Notes under the pieces: generated by a model
Database searches by the model: none
What the model was told of the DNA's origin: nothing
What the model saw: the letters and a program-made list of their open reading frames with translations, nothing else
Shown here: positions 55,818 to 64,000 of the stretch, in pieces
Layout of the letters: every line of letters begins with the position of its first letter
Numbering within the stretch: the stretch's first letter is position 1
DNA from: Gemmatimonadota bacterium
GTDB taxonomy: Bacteria; Gemmatimonadota; Gemmatimonadetes; Longimicrobiales; Gaopeijiaceae
Direction of reading: 5' to 3'
DNA: 64,000 nt
Assembly: GCA_039589315.1 (NCBI GenBank)
Contig: JBDHHQ010000021.1
Location: 32,001 to 96,000 of the forward strand
Made by a program: the position numbers and the translations under genes

Positions 55818-56159
55818 GTGCCGGAACCGAGGGACGCCCAGGACTTTCTCCCCCTGACCCACCTCTCGCTGTCGATCTTGTTGGCGCTGGGCGACGGCCG
55901 CGCCCACGGCTACGCGATCATCAAGAGGATCGAGAGGGAGAGCGGCGGCCGAACCCGCCCGGGTGCCGGAAGCCTCTACGCGGCCCTGGACCGGCTGGTG
56001 TCCGACGGGCTCATCGAGGAGAGCGGGCCGAGCCCGGGGGAGGATCAACGCCGACGGTACTACGGACTGACGCCCATGGGGCGCCGGGTGACGCGGGCCG
56101 AGGCCGCCAGGCTGGCCGAGGTGCTGGCGGTGGCGAACGTGAAGGGGCTGGCGCCCTGA
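55818..56159 (+). CDS. PadR family transcriptional regulator
   Basis: PL....ILLAL.DG..HGYAI, GSLYAALDRL and RRRYYGLT..G motifs. Confidence 0.93.
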   Translation: MPEPRDAQDFLPLTHLSLSILLALGDGRAHGYAIIKRIERESGGRTRPGAGSLYAALDRLVSDGLIEESGPSPGEDQRRRYYGLTPMGRRVTRAEAARLAEVLAVANVKGLAP

Positions 56160-56246
56160 TAGAGCGGCAGGGGGCGCGACCTTGGAGACCTGGTCGTCGG
56201 GAGTGGAGCGAAGCGCGGAGGCAACGGTGAGGGAGGGGAGGCAGCG

Positions 56247-58919
56247 GTGAGAGAGGATCGTCTCACGGGGTTGTACCGACGAACGTTGAGAGCCCTGCCC
56301 AGGGGCTTTCGCGAGCGCCGGGGCGAAGACCTGGCGCGACTGTTCGAGACGTTGGTGACGGACGCTCGTCGCCGGGGTGGGGGCGCTACGGCGGTGGCCT
56401 GCCTGGTGCGGGAGAGCGCGGACGTGCTCATGACGGCGGTCCAGTTGCGGATGAGGGGACGTGAAACGGAGGGAGGCGGGGCGATGGACAAGCTGGGACT
56501 GGACCTGTGGCGGTACGATCTTCGTCTGGCAGTGCGTGGGCTCGGTCGAAGCCCCGGTTTCGTGGCCGTCGTGGTGGTCACGCTCGGGCTGGGCATCGGC
56601 GCAACCACGGCGATCTTCAGCGTGGTCAACGGGGTGCTGTTGCGGCCGCTGCCGTTTCACGAGGCCGAGCGGCTCGCGCTGGTCTGGGAGAACGACCGTG
56701 AGACGGGCTCGGTGCGGGAGGCGGGATCCTGGCCCGACTACCTCGACATCCGCGAAAGGACCCGGGCCTTCTCCGACGTGGCCGCGTTCGGCTCCAGATC
56801 GGCGAACCTGACCCGGGCCGACGCCGACCCCACCCGGGTCCGCATGACCGCGGTCACCGACAACCTGGATGCGGTGCTGGGCGTCTCGCCCGCGCTGGGA
56901 CGGGGTATCCGCGCAGAGGAGGCGAGACCCGGGGGCGGGCTGGTCGCCGTCCTCACGGACGGCTTCTGGGCCAGGGGGTTCGGACGAGACCCCGAGGTGT
57001 TGGGCCAACTCCTGTCCATCGATGACGAAACCTACACGATCGTGGGGGTGCTTCCGTCCGGTCTCGAGTACCCGGAGGAGACGACGGATCTCTGGGCTCC
57101 GCTCCAGACCGACGCCGAGCTGACCCCACGCTGGACCCATCCATACACCATGGTGGGGCGCTTGGCGCCGGGGGTCTCCGTCGACGCGGCACAGGCCGAG
57201 GCGTCGGCCATCATGGCCGACCTCGAGGCGACCTTCCCCGAGAACGAAGCCCGGGGTGCCTTCGTGGAGCCGATCGAGGATGTGATCCGCGGGAACGTGT
57301 CGACCCCCCTGATGATCCTGTTCGGTGCGGTGTTCCTGGTGCTCCTCGTGGCCTGCGCGAACGTCGCCAACCTGTTCCTGGCCCGCGGAGCCCAGCGAAC
57401 CACGGAGTTGGCCGTGACGGCCGCGCTGGGAGCCAGCGCCGGTCGTATGGCGCGTCGGTTCCTGGTGGAGAGCCTGCTGCTCACCGGCGCCGCTGCGGTG
57501 GTGGGCGTCGTCCTGGCTTTCGCCGGAGCCCGTACGATCATGGCGGCCGCGCCGGTCGAGGTCTCCTCCCTCGGGCGGGTCACGCTGGATAGCGACGTGC
57601 TGGCGTTCACCGTGCTCACGACCTTGGCGGTGGGGGTGCTGTTCGCCCTGGTCCCGGCGCGCCAAGCGTACAACGTGGACCTGCAGGGCGCTTTGAAGGA
57701 GGGACGCAGCCAGGGCGGGGCCGGGGGGTTGGACAAGCTGCGCGCCCGCCGGGTGCTGGTGGTCAGCCAGATGGCCCTGGCGATGGTGCTACTGGTGGGG
57801 GCGGGGCTGCTGATCCACAGCCTGTGGAAGATCCAGCAGATCGATCCGGGGTTTCGGACGGAGGGGATCCTCCGTGCCGAGTTCCAGCTACCCAGCTCCC
57901 GCTACCCCCGGGACTTTTCGGTCTATCCCAGATGGGCCGAGGTCCACGCTTTCAATCAGGCACTCACCGAGCGGGCCCGGGGCCTGCCCGGCGTGCAGGC
58001 AGCGGCGATCGTGAGTCAGCACTCCCTCGATCCAGGGTTCACGAACAGCTTCCTGGTCGTCGGCCGTGAGGCCGAGTCGGCGGACTGGGGTGAGCTGGTC
58101 ACTCGTCTGGTGGGTCCCGCATACTTCGCCACGACCGGGTTGCGCGTCGTGGAAGGGCGCGCCTTCGACGAGAGCGACGACGCCGAAGCGCCGCTGGTGG
58201 CCCTGGTCAACCGTGCCACGGTGGAACGCTACTTCCCCGACCATCCGGTGATCGGGTCGCAGATCCGCTTCTGGGGCATGGCGCGCGAGATCGTGGGGAT
58301 CGTGGAAGACGAGAAGATGTATGGGCTCACGACGGAGACACCACCTGCCGTCTACGCGTCGATGAAACAAGCCCCCCAGACCGGTCGGGCCACCCTCATG
58401 GTGAGGACCACGGGCGATCCCTTGTCCCTGGCAGATCCGATCCGAGCGGCGGTGGCAGAGCTGGATGCGGACATCCCGGTCTATAACGTCGCGACCATGG
58501 ATCAGACGCTGGCCGACTCCCTGGCCAGGGAGCGCTTCACCTCACTGCTGCTGGCGGTCTTCGCGGGAGTCGGGCTCCTGATCGCGCTCATCGGCGTGCA
58601 TGGGGTGCTCAGCTACCTCGTTGCGCAGCGGGGCCATGAGGTGGGGGTGCGGATGGCCCTGGGCGCGAGCCGTGGGCAGGTGCGCAGGATGGTGGTCTCA
58701 CAGGGTATGGGACTGGCCGTGGCGGGGATCGCCCTGGGCCTGGCCGCGGCCCTTGGTGTGTCCCGTCTCCTGGGCGGGCTCCTATACGGAGTCTCCCCCA
58801 CGGAGCCGTTCACCTATGCGGCTGTGGCGGGCGTGTTGGCGGTCGCGGCTCTGGTGGCCAGCGCCCTTCCGGCACGCCGGGCTACCAGGATCGACCCGGT
58901 GGAGGCGCTCAGAAGCTAG
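56247..58919 (+). CDS. duplicated FtsX/MacB-type orphan ABC permease (ADOP family)
   Basis: LP..FRE..G prefix, DLR.A.R.L..SPGF, LGIGATTAIFS, ACANVANL, EVGVRMALGA, PARRATRIDP.EALR; no ATPase gene. Confidence 0.93.
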   Translation: MREDRLTGLYRRTLRALPRGFRERRGEDLARLFETLVTDARRRGGGATAVACLVRESADVLMTAVQLRMRGRETEGGGAMDKLGLDLWRYDLRLAVRGLGRSPGFVAVVVVTLGLGIGATTAIFSVVNGVLLRPLPFHEAERLALVWENDRETGSVREAGSWPDYLDIRERTRAFSDVAAFGSRSANLTRADADPTRVRMTAVTDNLDAVLGVSPALGRGIRAEEARPGGGLVAVLTDGFWARGFGRDPEVLGQLLSIDDETYTIVGVLPSGLEYPEETTDLWAPLQTDAELTPRWTHPYTMVGRLAPGVSVDAAQAEASAIMADLEATFPENEARGAFVEPIEDVIRGNVSTPLMILFGAVFLVLLVACANVANLFLARGAQRTTELAVTAALGASAGRMARRFLVESLLLTGAAAVVGVVLAFAGARTIMAAAPVEVSSLGRVTLDSDVLAFTVLTTLAVGVLFALVPARQAYNVDLQGALKEGRSQGGAGGLDKLRARRVLVVSQMALAMVLLVGAGLLIHSLWKIQQIDPGFRTEGILRAEFQLPSSRYPRDFSVYPRWAEVHAFNQALTERARGLPGVQAAAIVSQHSLDPGFTNSFLVVGREAESADWGELVTRLVGPAYFATTGLRVVEGRAFDESDDAEAPLVALVNRATVERYFPDHPVIGSQIRFWGMAREIVGIVEDEKMYGLTTETPPAVYASMKQAPQTGRATLMVRTTGDPLSLADPIRAAVAELDADIPVYNVATMDQTLADSLARERFTSLLLAVFAGVGLLIALIGVHGVLSYLVAQRGHEVGVRMALGASRGQVRRMVVSQGMGLAVAGIALGLAAALGVSRLLGGLLYGVSPTEPFTYAAVAGVLAVAALVASALPARRATRIDPVEALRS

Positions 58920-58966
58920 CGAGGGCCGTTGCGCTGCGGCCCGTGGCGCCGCACTCATCCGGTGCC

Positions 58967-60466
58967 ATGCGGCAATCGGCTTCTCCCTCGCTCACCCACG
59001 TTCTGTACAGCGCGGTCTTCACCGCGGTGGCGCTGCGCGCGTTCCTGCTCCCGGTGTCGCCAAACGACTCGTGGTGGCACCTGGCGACAGGCAGGATGAT
59101 CGTAGAGGGCGGGGCGATTCCCACGTCGGACGTCTTCTCGTACACCTATCCCGGGACGCCGTGGTTCGACCAGCCCTGGCTGGCCCAGGTCGTCCTTTAC
59201 CGACTCCATGGACTGGGTGGCGTGCCGCTAATGGTCTTCTTCGCTTTCCTGCTCCTTGCGGTGACGTTCGCGCTGCTCCTACGGCTGTGCGGGCGCATCA
59301 CGGGTGACGCGAAGCTGGCGGCCGCCTTGTTGATCGTGACCCTCCCGGCTTCGTCGCCCAACTGGAGCCTCCGTTCCCAGATCTTCGCCATTCCGCTTTT
59401 CGTCGCCTTTCTCGTGATCCTGGCCGAGTGGCGCGCCGGGAGGAATCGGCAGGGGCTTTGGCTCCTGCCCGTGTTGATGGCCGTGTGGGTCAACGTACAC
59501 GGCTCCTTCGTGCTCGGGGGGATGCTGCTGGGCCTGGTGGCCCTGGGCTCGGCCCTGGAGCGGTACCGGGCCCGGCGAGAGGGCCGACCGGTGGCCATAC
59601 CGCCGCTCCGCCACCTGCTCCTGTGGGGGGTCGTCACGGCTCTGGCGACGTTGTTGAATCCGAGGGGGCACGAGGTCATCGGGTACGTCGCCGGTCTCCT
59701 GGGGGACCCAGCGGTCCAGGGCCTCATCCAGGAGTGGCAGGCGCCGCACCCAGCCAGCTTCGTGGGCGCGGCGTTTCTGTGCTACGCGGCCGTCACGGTC
59801 CTGACGGTGCTGCTGAGCCGGCGCCGGTCCGACGCGACCGAGATCCTGACGTTCGCCGTCTTCCTCGCGATGGCGCTCGGGGCCGAGCGCCACGTCGCGT
59901 GGTTCGCACTGGTCACCACGCCGATGTTCGTGGGAGCCGCGGCGGAGATCCCCTGGATCCGCTCGTCTTGCGCGAGGGTCGAGACGCCGGCGGCGCTGAA
60001 CCGGAGTCTGATCGCCAGCTTCGGCGTGCTCGTCCTGGCTGCCTCACCGTGGCTCAAGCCGCAGCTGCCGTGGCCGTCCGGTGTCCGCTCTCTCCTTTCG
60101 GCGGACACGCCGGTGGCCGCTTTGGCAGCGCTCCAACGAGACCCGGATCCGCCCTCCCGCCTCTTCCACAGCGAGGCCTTCGGATCGTACCTGATGTGGG
60201 CCGCCCCCGAACGGCAGGTGTTTGTCGACACCCGGGTCGAGCTCTATCCGCTCGAGCACTGGCAACGTTATGGCGAGACGAGTCAGGGACGAGGGGCTCG
60301 AGAGACATTCGAGCTCCACAGCGTCGACGGGCTGCTACTGGATACGCGGCGGCAGGCCGGGCTGGTGGGCTGGGCTCTCCGGAGCCCCGATTGGAGTCTC
60401 CGGTACCGCGACCGGAGAAGCGCCTACCTGGTGAGGGCCGAAGGGCGTCCCGATGGAGGTCCGTAG
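58967..60466 (+). CDS. polytopic membrane protein, probable GT-C-fold glycosyltransferase
   Basis: D.WWHL..G..I, D.FSYT...PW, R.Q.F, W.N.HGSF..G, I.EW, G.YL.W and FVD.R..LY motifs. Confidence 0.65.
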   Translation: MRQSASPSLTHVLYSAVFTAVALRAFLLPVSPNDSWWHLATGRMIVEGGAIPTSDVFSYTYPGTPWFDQPWLAQVVLYRLHGLGGVPLMVFFAFLLLAVTFALLLRLCGRITGDAKLAAALLIVTLPASSPNWSLRSQIFAIPLFVAFLVILAEWRAGRNRQGLWLLPVLMAVWVNVHGSFVLGGMLLGLVALGSALERYRARREGRPVAIPPLRHLLLWGVVTALATLLNPRGHEVIGYVAGLLGDPAVQGLIQEWQAPHPASFVGAAFLCYAAVTVLTVLLSRRRSDATEILTFAVFLAMALGAERHVAWFALVTTPMFVGAAAEIPWIRSSCARVETPAALNRSLIASFGVLVLAASPWLKPQLPWPSGVRSLLSADTPVAALAALQRDPDPPSRLFHSEAFGSYLMWAAPERQVFVDTRVELYPLEHWQRYGETSQGRGARETFELHSVDGLLLDTRRQAGLVGWALRSPDWSLRYRDRRSAYLVRAEGRPDGGP

Positions 60467-60539
60467 CTCAGCCGGCGCCCATGCGTCGACGCGGAAGTGG
60501 GCTGGGCCTCTCGCTCTACCAGGCCGACTCCGGACCCGA

Positions 60540-60889
60540 TCAGCGACCGGCAGCGGCGTCGTGGAGGAGGTGTCCGAGGCCCATGCGCCGGAGCATGGCT
60601 GCGAAGCGCCCAACGGTGCGCATCGGCGGAGGAAGGGTTGAGCTCCAAGGCCCGGTCCAGCTCGGCGCGGGCTCCCCGGAAGTTCCAGTCGTGGTAGAGC
60701 AACGACAGCGCTCGGGCGACGTGGGCCGCCGGTAGGTCCGGATCGAGGGCCAGGGCCCTGTCCGCGGCCTCCCGGGCCCGTGGCAGGATCTCACCGGCCC
60801 GGCCCCGCCGCCGCAGCGTACACGATGGCGGCGCGATACACCTTTCGACGCCGAAGCTCGGCGAGATAGCGGCGAACCGGAAGAGTCAT
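60540..60889 (-). pseudogene. collapsed remnant of a membrane TPR (TolB-like/adenylate-cyclase-associated) gene
   Basis: RBS plus MTLPVRRYLAELRRRKVYRAAIVYAAAA, then a frameshifted TPR piece PRAREAADRALALDPDL...HDWNF..A..ELDRALELNPS, then RFAAMLRRMGL in another frame. Confidence 0.75.
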
Positions 60890-61110
60890 CCCCGCTCCAT
60901 GGAGGTCTGCGGACCAACCTTCACCCAATTGTTGGTCGGCGGCGGAGTCGGCAGCAAGGCTGGGGGCGCGGCCGGCTCCCCTTCCGGTCTCGAGCCGTGG
61001 AGAGAGGCGCCCTGGCAGGAGACCTCCGCGCTCACCCGAGTGGACGCAGCCCCAGCGGTCCTCTAGTCTTTCCGGGCTCGCCGCGCTCGACCCCGATCCG
61101 GAGCTCCTGA

Positions 61111-62931
61111 ATGGACCGCGCTCAGCGCCACCTCACCGCAATCGGCATCCTGCCCGTCGTGTTCGCCTCCGTCCTCGCCTCGCCGGAGGAGCTGGACGGT
61201 CAAGCCCAGTCCCTGGCCGCGGCGGTGAAGGACGCCATCACATCGGAGCGGCTCGACGCCCACGCCTTCGAGATCACCCGCCACGTGCGCCCGTCGGGCA
61301 GCCCCGGCGAGAACGCCGCCATCGACTACATCGTGGGCCGACTTCGGGCGGAGGGGGTGCCGGTGCAGGTCCACGAGCTCATGGCGTACACCAGCAATCC
61401 GGTGTCCGCCCGTGTCGAGGTGATCGGTACGCGCTTCGCGCCCGACGCCATCACCATGTCGTTCTCCGGCGCCACGGAGGGCGTCGAGGCGGTCGCCGTC
61501 GACCTGGGAGAGCTGCGCGACCTCCCGACCCTCGAACTCGGCACCGGCGAGCGCCTGGTCGTCCGGGACACCCGCGGGTTCGACCATGTGCGGGGCAACG
61601 TCGCCGTGGTCACGGGCCAGCCCCGCAACATCCCCACGACGGTGCTCGAGCAGCTGGGCGCGGTGGCGGCGATCTACGTCAACCCCGAGGAGCGCCTCAA
61701 CGAGCTCATCGTGACGTCGACCTGGGGAACGCCGTCCCTCCTGAGCACGCACCGGCTCAACGCCCTGCCCACGGCGCAGATCCGCCGGAGCGACGGCGAT
61801 CGGCTCCGGGCCATGATGGCCGACGGCCAGGTCCGCGTGCGGGTCTCCACCGAGGTGGACACGGGGTGGAGGCCACTGCGGCTGGCTGTCGCACGCGTCA
61901 TGCCGCCGGACGACGCAGAGGCTCCATACGTGCTGTTCGGCGGACATATCGACGGATGGCACCACGGGGGGACCGACGAAGGCGCCTCGAACGCAGCCAT
62001 GCTGGAGCTGGCGCTGGCGTTTCACCGGCATCGCTCGAGCCTGCGCCGGGGCCTGGTGGTCGCTTGGTGGCCGGGCCACAGCAACGCCCGGTACGGTGGC
62101 GCCACGTGGTTCGCGGACCGGTTCTTCGACGAGCTGCGCGCCCGGGGGCTCGCGTACGTCAACGTGGACGGCATCGGCCAGATGGAGGCCAAGCGCTTCG
62201 GAGCGTCGACGTCGCCGGCCCTACGGCAGTTGGCGGCCGAGGTGATCCGGGCCGGGACCGGGCAGACAGTCACGCCATCACGCCCAGGGCGCAACTCCGA
62301 TCAGGCCTTCAACGGCGTCGGGCTGCCGCTCCTACAGATCAGCCATTCCCGGCTGGCCGAGGATGGTGGCTACTGGTGGTGGCACACGCCCGACGACACG
62401 TACGACAAGATCGACGCCGAGATCCTGGAGCTGGACGCCGAGCTATATGCCGACGCGCTTGCCGTCATGCTGGCCGGTGGGCGCTACCCGGTGGATCTGG
62501 AGGCCGAGGCGAGCGCCCTCGTGGACGCGCTGGACATGCGGCAAGCCGAATCCGGTGACGCCCTGGACCTCTCGGAAGCCCGGGCCCGGGCCGAGGCTCT
62601 GGCGGAGACATTCGCCGCCGCGAAACGAGCCCTCGAGGACGCGCCGCCGTCGGTCGAGTTGGATCTGGCGGTGCTGCACGCGCTGCGGCCCGTTCACCGG
62701 GTCATGTTCGCCCCGGGTAGCGCGCACCATCCGGATCCTGGGATCTACAGCGATCCGCTCCCTGGCCTGGAGCCCGCCGCGATACTCTCGGAGGCTCGGC
62801 CGGACGGGGACCGGTACCGCTTCGCCCACGCGCAGCTCGTCCGGGAGACCAACCGGATTCTCGAGGCCCTGGCCGAGGCCCAGCACCGAGCCGCCACTCT
62901 CGTAACCGAAGCCAGGAGGCCGGGGGCATGA
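61111..62931 (+). CDS. M28 family peptidase-like protein
   Basis: R.SGS.GE, GGHIDGW..G.TD, WPGHS, NVDGIG and WWHTPDDT.DKID motifs; signal peptide. Confidence 0.85.
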   Translation: MDRAQRHLTAIGILPVVFASVLASPEELDGQAQSLAAAVKDAITSERLDAHAFEITRHVRPSGSPGENAAIDYIVGRLRAEGVPVQVHELMAYTSNPVSARVEVIGTRFAPDAITMSFSGATEGVEAVAVDLGELRDLPTLELGTGERLVVRDTRGFDHVRGNVAVVTGQPRNIPTTVLEQLGAVAAIYVNPEERLNELIVTSTWGTPSLLSTHRLNALPTAQIRRSDGDRLRAMMADGQVRVRVSTEVDTGWRPLRLAVARVMPPDDAEAPYVLFGGHIDGWHHGGTDEGASNAAMLELALAFHRHRSSLRRGLVVAWWPGHSNARYGGATWFADRFFDELRARGLAYVNVDGIGQMEAKRFGASTSPALRQLAAEVIRAGTGQTVTPSRPGRNSDQAFNGVGLPLLQISHSRLAEDGGYWWWHTPDDTYDKIDAEILELDAELYADALAVMLAGGRYPVDLEAEASALVDALDMRQAESGDALDLSEARARAEALAETFAAAKRALEDAPPSVELDLAVLHALRPVHRVMFAPGSAHHPDPGIYSDPLPGLEPAAILSEARPDGDRYRFAHAQLVRETNRILEALAEAQHRAATLVTEARRPGA

Positions 62932-64000
62932 CCACGCGCGGAGGAATACCAACGGCCGCCTACGGCGGAGCCCCGACAAGTGGGATAGCGAGGGGGCTGG
63001 CGGCCATCGCAGTCGCCGTCGGCGTCGCGTGCGCACCGGGGGACGACCCGGGTCCGGGGTGGATTCCGTCGGAGCGGGAGTGGCCCACATACGGTGGGGT
63101 CGCCGACGGCACGAAATACACCCCGCTGGACGTGATCGATCGGAGCAACGTGGACGCGCTCCAAATGGCGTGGACGTGGGAGACCGGCGAGAAGCCGATC
63201 ACGGGGCCGTACCGACCGGTCCGGGGACAGGACGTCCGACCCGGCAACTTCGAGGTCACGCCACTGGTGATCGGCGACACCATGGTCCTGTCGACGCCCT
63301 ACAACCGGGTCGTGGCGTTGGAGGCCGGTACCGGGCGCGAGATCTGGACGTACGACCCGCGCACGGTTGAGTGGGGACAGCCGCCGAACGGCACCGGCTT
63401 CGTGCACAGGGGCGTGGCGGTCTGGACGGGTCCGGGCGAGCGCCGGGTCTTCCTGAACTCCCGGTGGCGCCTGATCGCGCTGGATTTCGCCAGCGGCCAG
63501 CCCATCGCGTCGTTCGGCCACGAGGGCGAGATCGACCTGACCGAAGACCTGCTGTGGCCGACGAACCGGCTCCACTACACCCAGACGTCACCGCCCCTGG
63601 TGCTGGGAGACGTGGTCATTCTCGGCAACGGCGTCTGGGACGGGTTCGTGTACCCGAACGATCCACCCGGCAACCTCCAGGCCTTCGACGTGCGGACGGG
63701 CGAGAAGGTCTGGAACGTGAACCTGATCCCTCAGCAGGGGGAGCCGGGGAACGAGACCTGGGAGGACGAGTCGTGGAAGGTGATCGGGCACACCAACGCC
63801 TGGGCGCCCATGGTCGCCGACGAGGAGCGGGGATTGGTCTACCTCGGGGTCGGGACGCCCAGCAACGACTACTACGGTGGGCACCGCAAGGGCGACAACC
63901 TCTACGCCGAGTCCCTGCTCTGCGTGGACGGCCGCACCGGAGCGATCGTCTGGCACTACCAGACGGTACGCCACGGCCTCTGGGACTACGACCTGCCGGC
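62928..64000 (+). CDS. PQQ-dependent (glucose/quinate-type) dehydrogenase, truncated by the window end
   Basis: ATGA overlap; WPTYGG, YTPL..I.RSNV..L..AW, TPL, HRGVA, TSPP, NAW, DYYGGHRKGDNLYAES, HGLWDYDLP. Confidence 0.93.
   Translation, partial: MTTRGGIPTAAYGGAPTSGIARGLAAIAVAVGVACAPGDDPGPGWIPSEREWPTYGGVADGTKYTPLDVIDRSNVDALQMAWTWETGEKPITGPYRPVRGQDVRPGNFEVTPLVIGDTMVLSTPYNRVVALEAGTGREIWTYDPRTVEWGQPPNGTGFVHRGVAVWTGPGERRVFLNSRWRLIALDFASGQPIASFGHEGEIDLTEDLLWPTNRLHYTQTSPPLVLGDVVILGNGVWDGFVYPNDPPGNLQAFDVRTGEKVWNVNLIPQQGEPGNETWEDESWKVIGHTNAWAPMVADEERGLVYLGVGTPSNDYYGGHRKGDNLYAESLLCVDGRTGAIVWHYQTVRHGLWDYDLP

Noticed and set aside
1..64000. tRNA, rRNA, CRISPR, transposase, integrase, prophage or defence genes
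   Set aside because: None recognised by eye; covariance-model and HMM searches would be needed to exclude small or divergent ones.

Overview
High-GC, densely coding bacterial chromosomal window. The gene repertoire (PadR plus duplicated orphan permease pairs, kinase-PD40 protein, BNR/sortilin protein, DUF5916, PQQ dehydrogenase) suggests Gemmatimonadota or a similar lineage; this is inference. I found no rRNA, tRNA, CRISPR array or intact mobile element. The main finding is an 8-gene heme-copper oxidase operon (1685-7231): diheme cytochrome c lipoprotein, small membrane protein, subunits II and I, subunit III, subunit IV fused to cytochrome c, a second subunit III, and a small CPVC protein. 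Subunit I keeps all metal ligands, the GHPEVY motif and most D-channel residues. It has lost essentially all canonical K-channel residues and carries three new intramembrane glutamates, which points to an atypical proton/ion-coupling mechanism. Other notable items: a TAT-less reductive dehalogenase-like gene behind an amino-acid permease, a TAT-signal flavin reductase, a His-motif TPR protein, an octaheme cytochrome-TPR gene coupled to a uracil-DNA glycosylase, two PadR/permease modules with palindromic operators, and several collapsed gene remnants. All assignments come from motif recognition by eye; no database searches were run.
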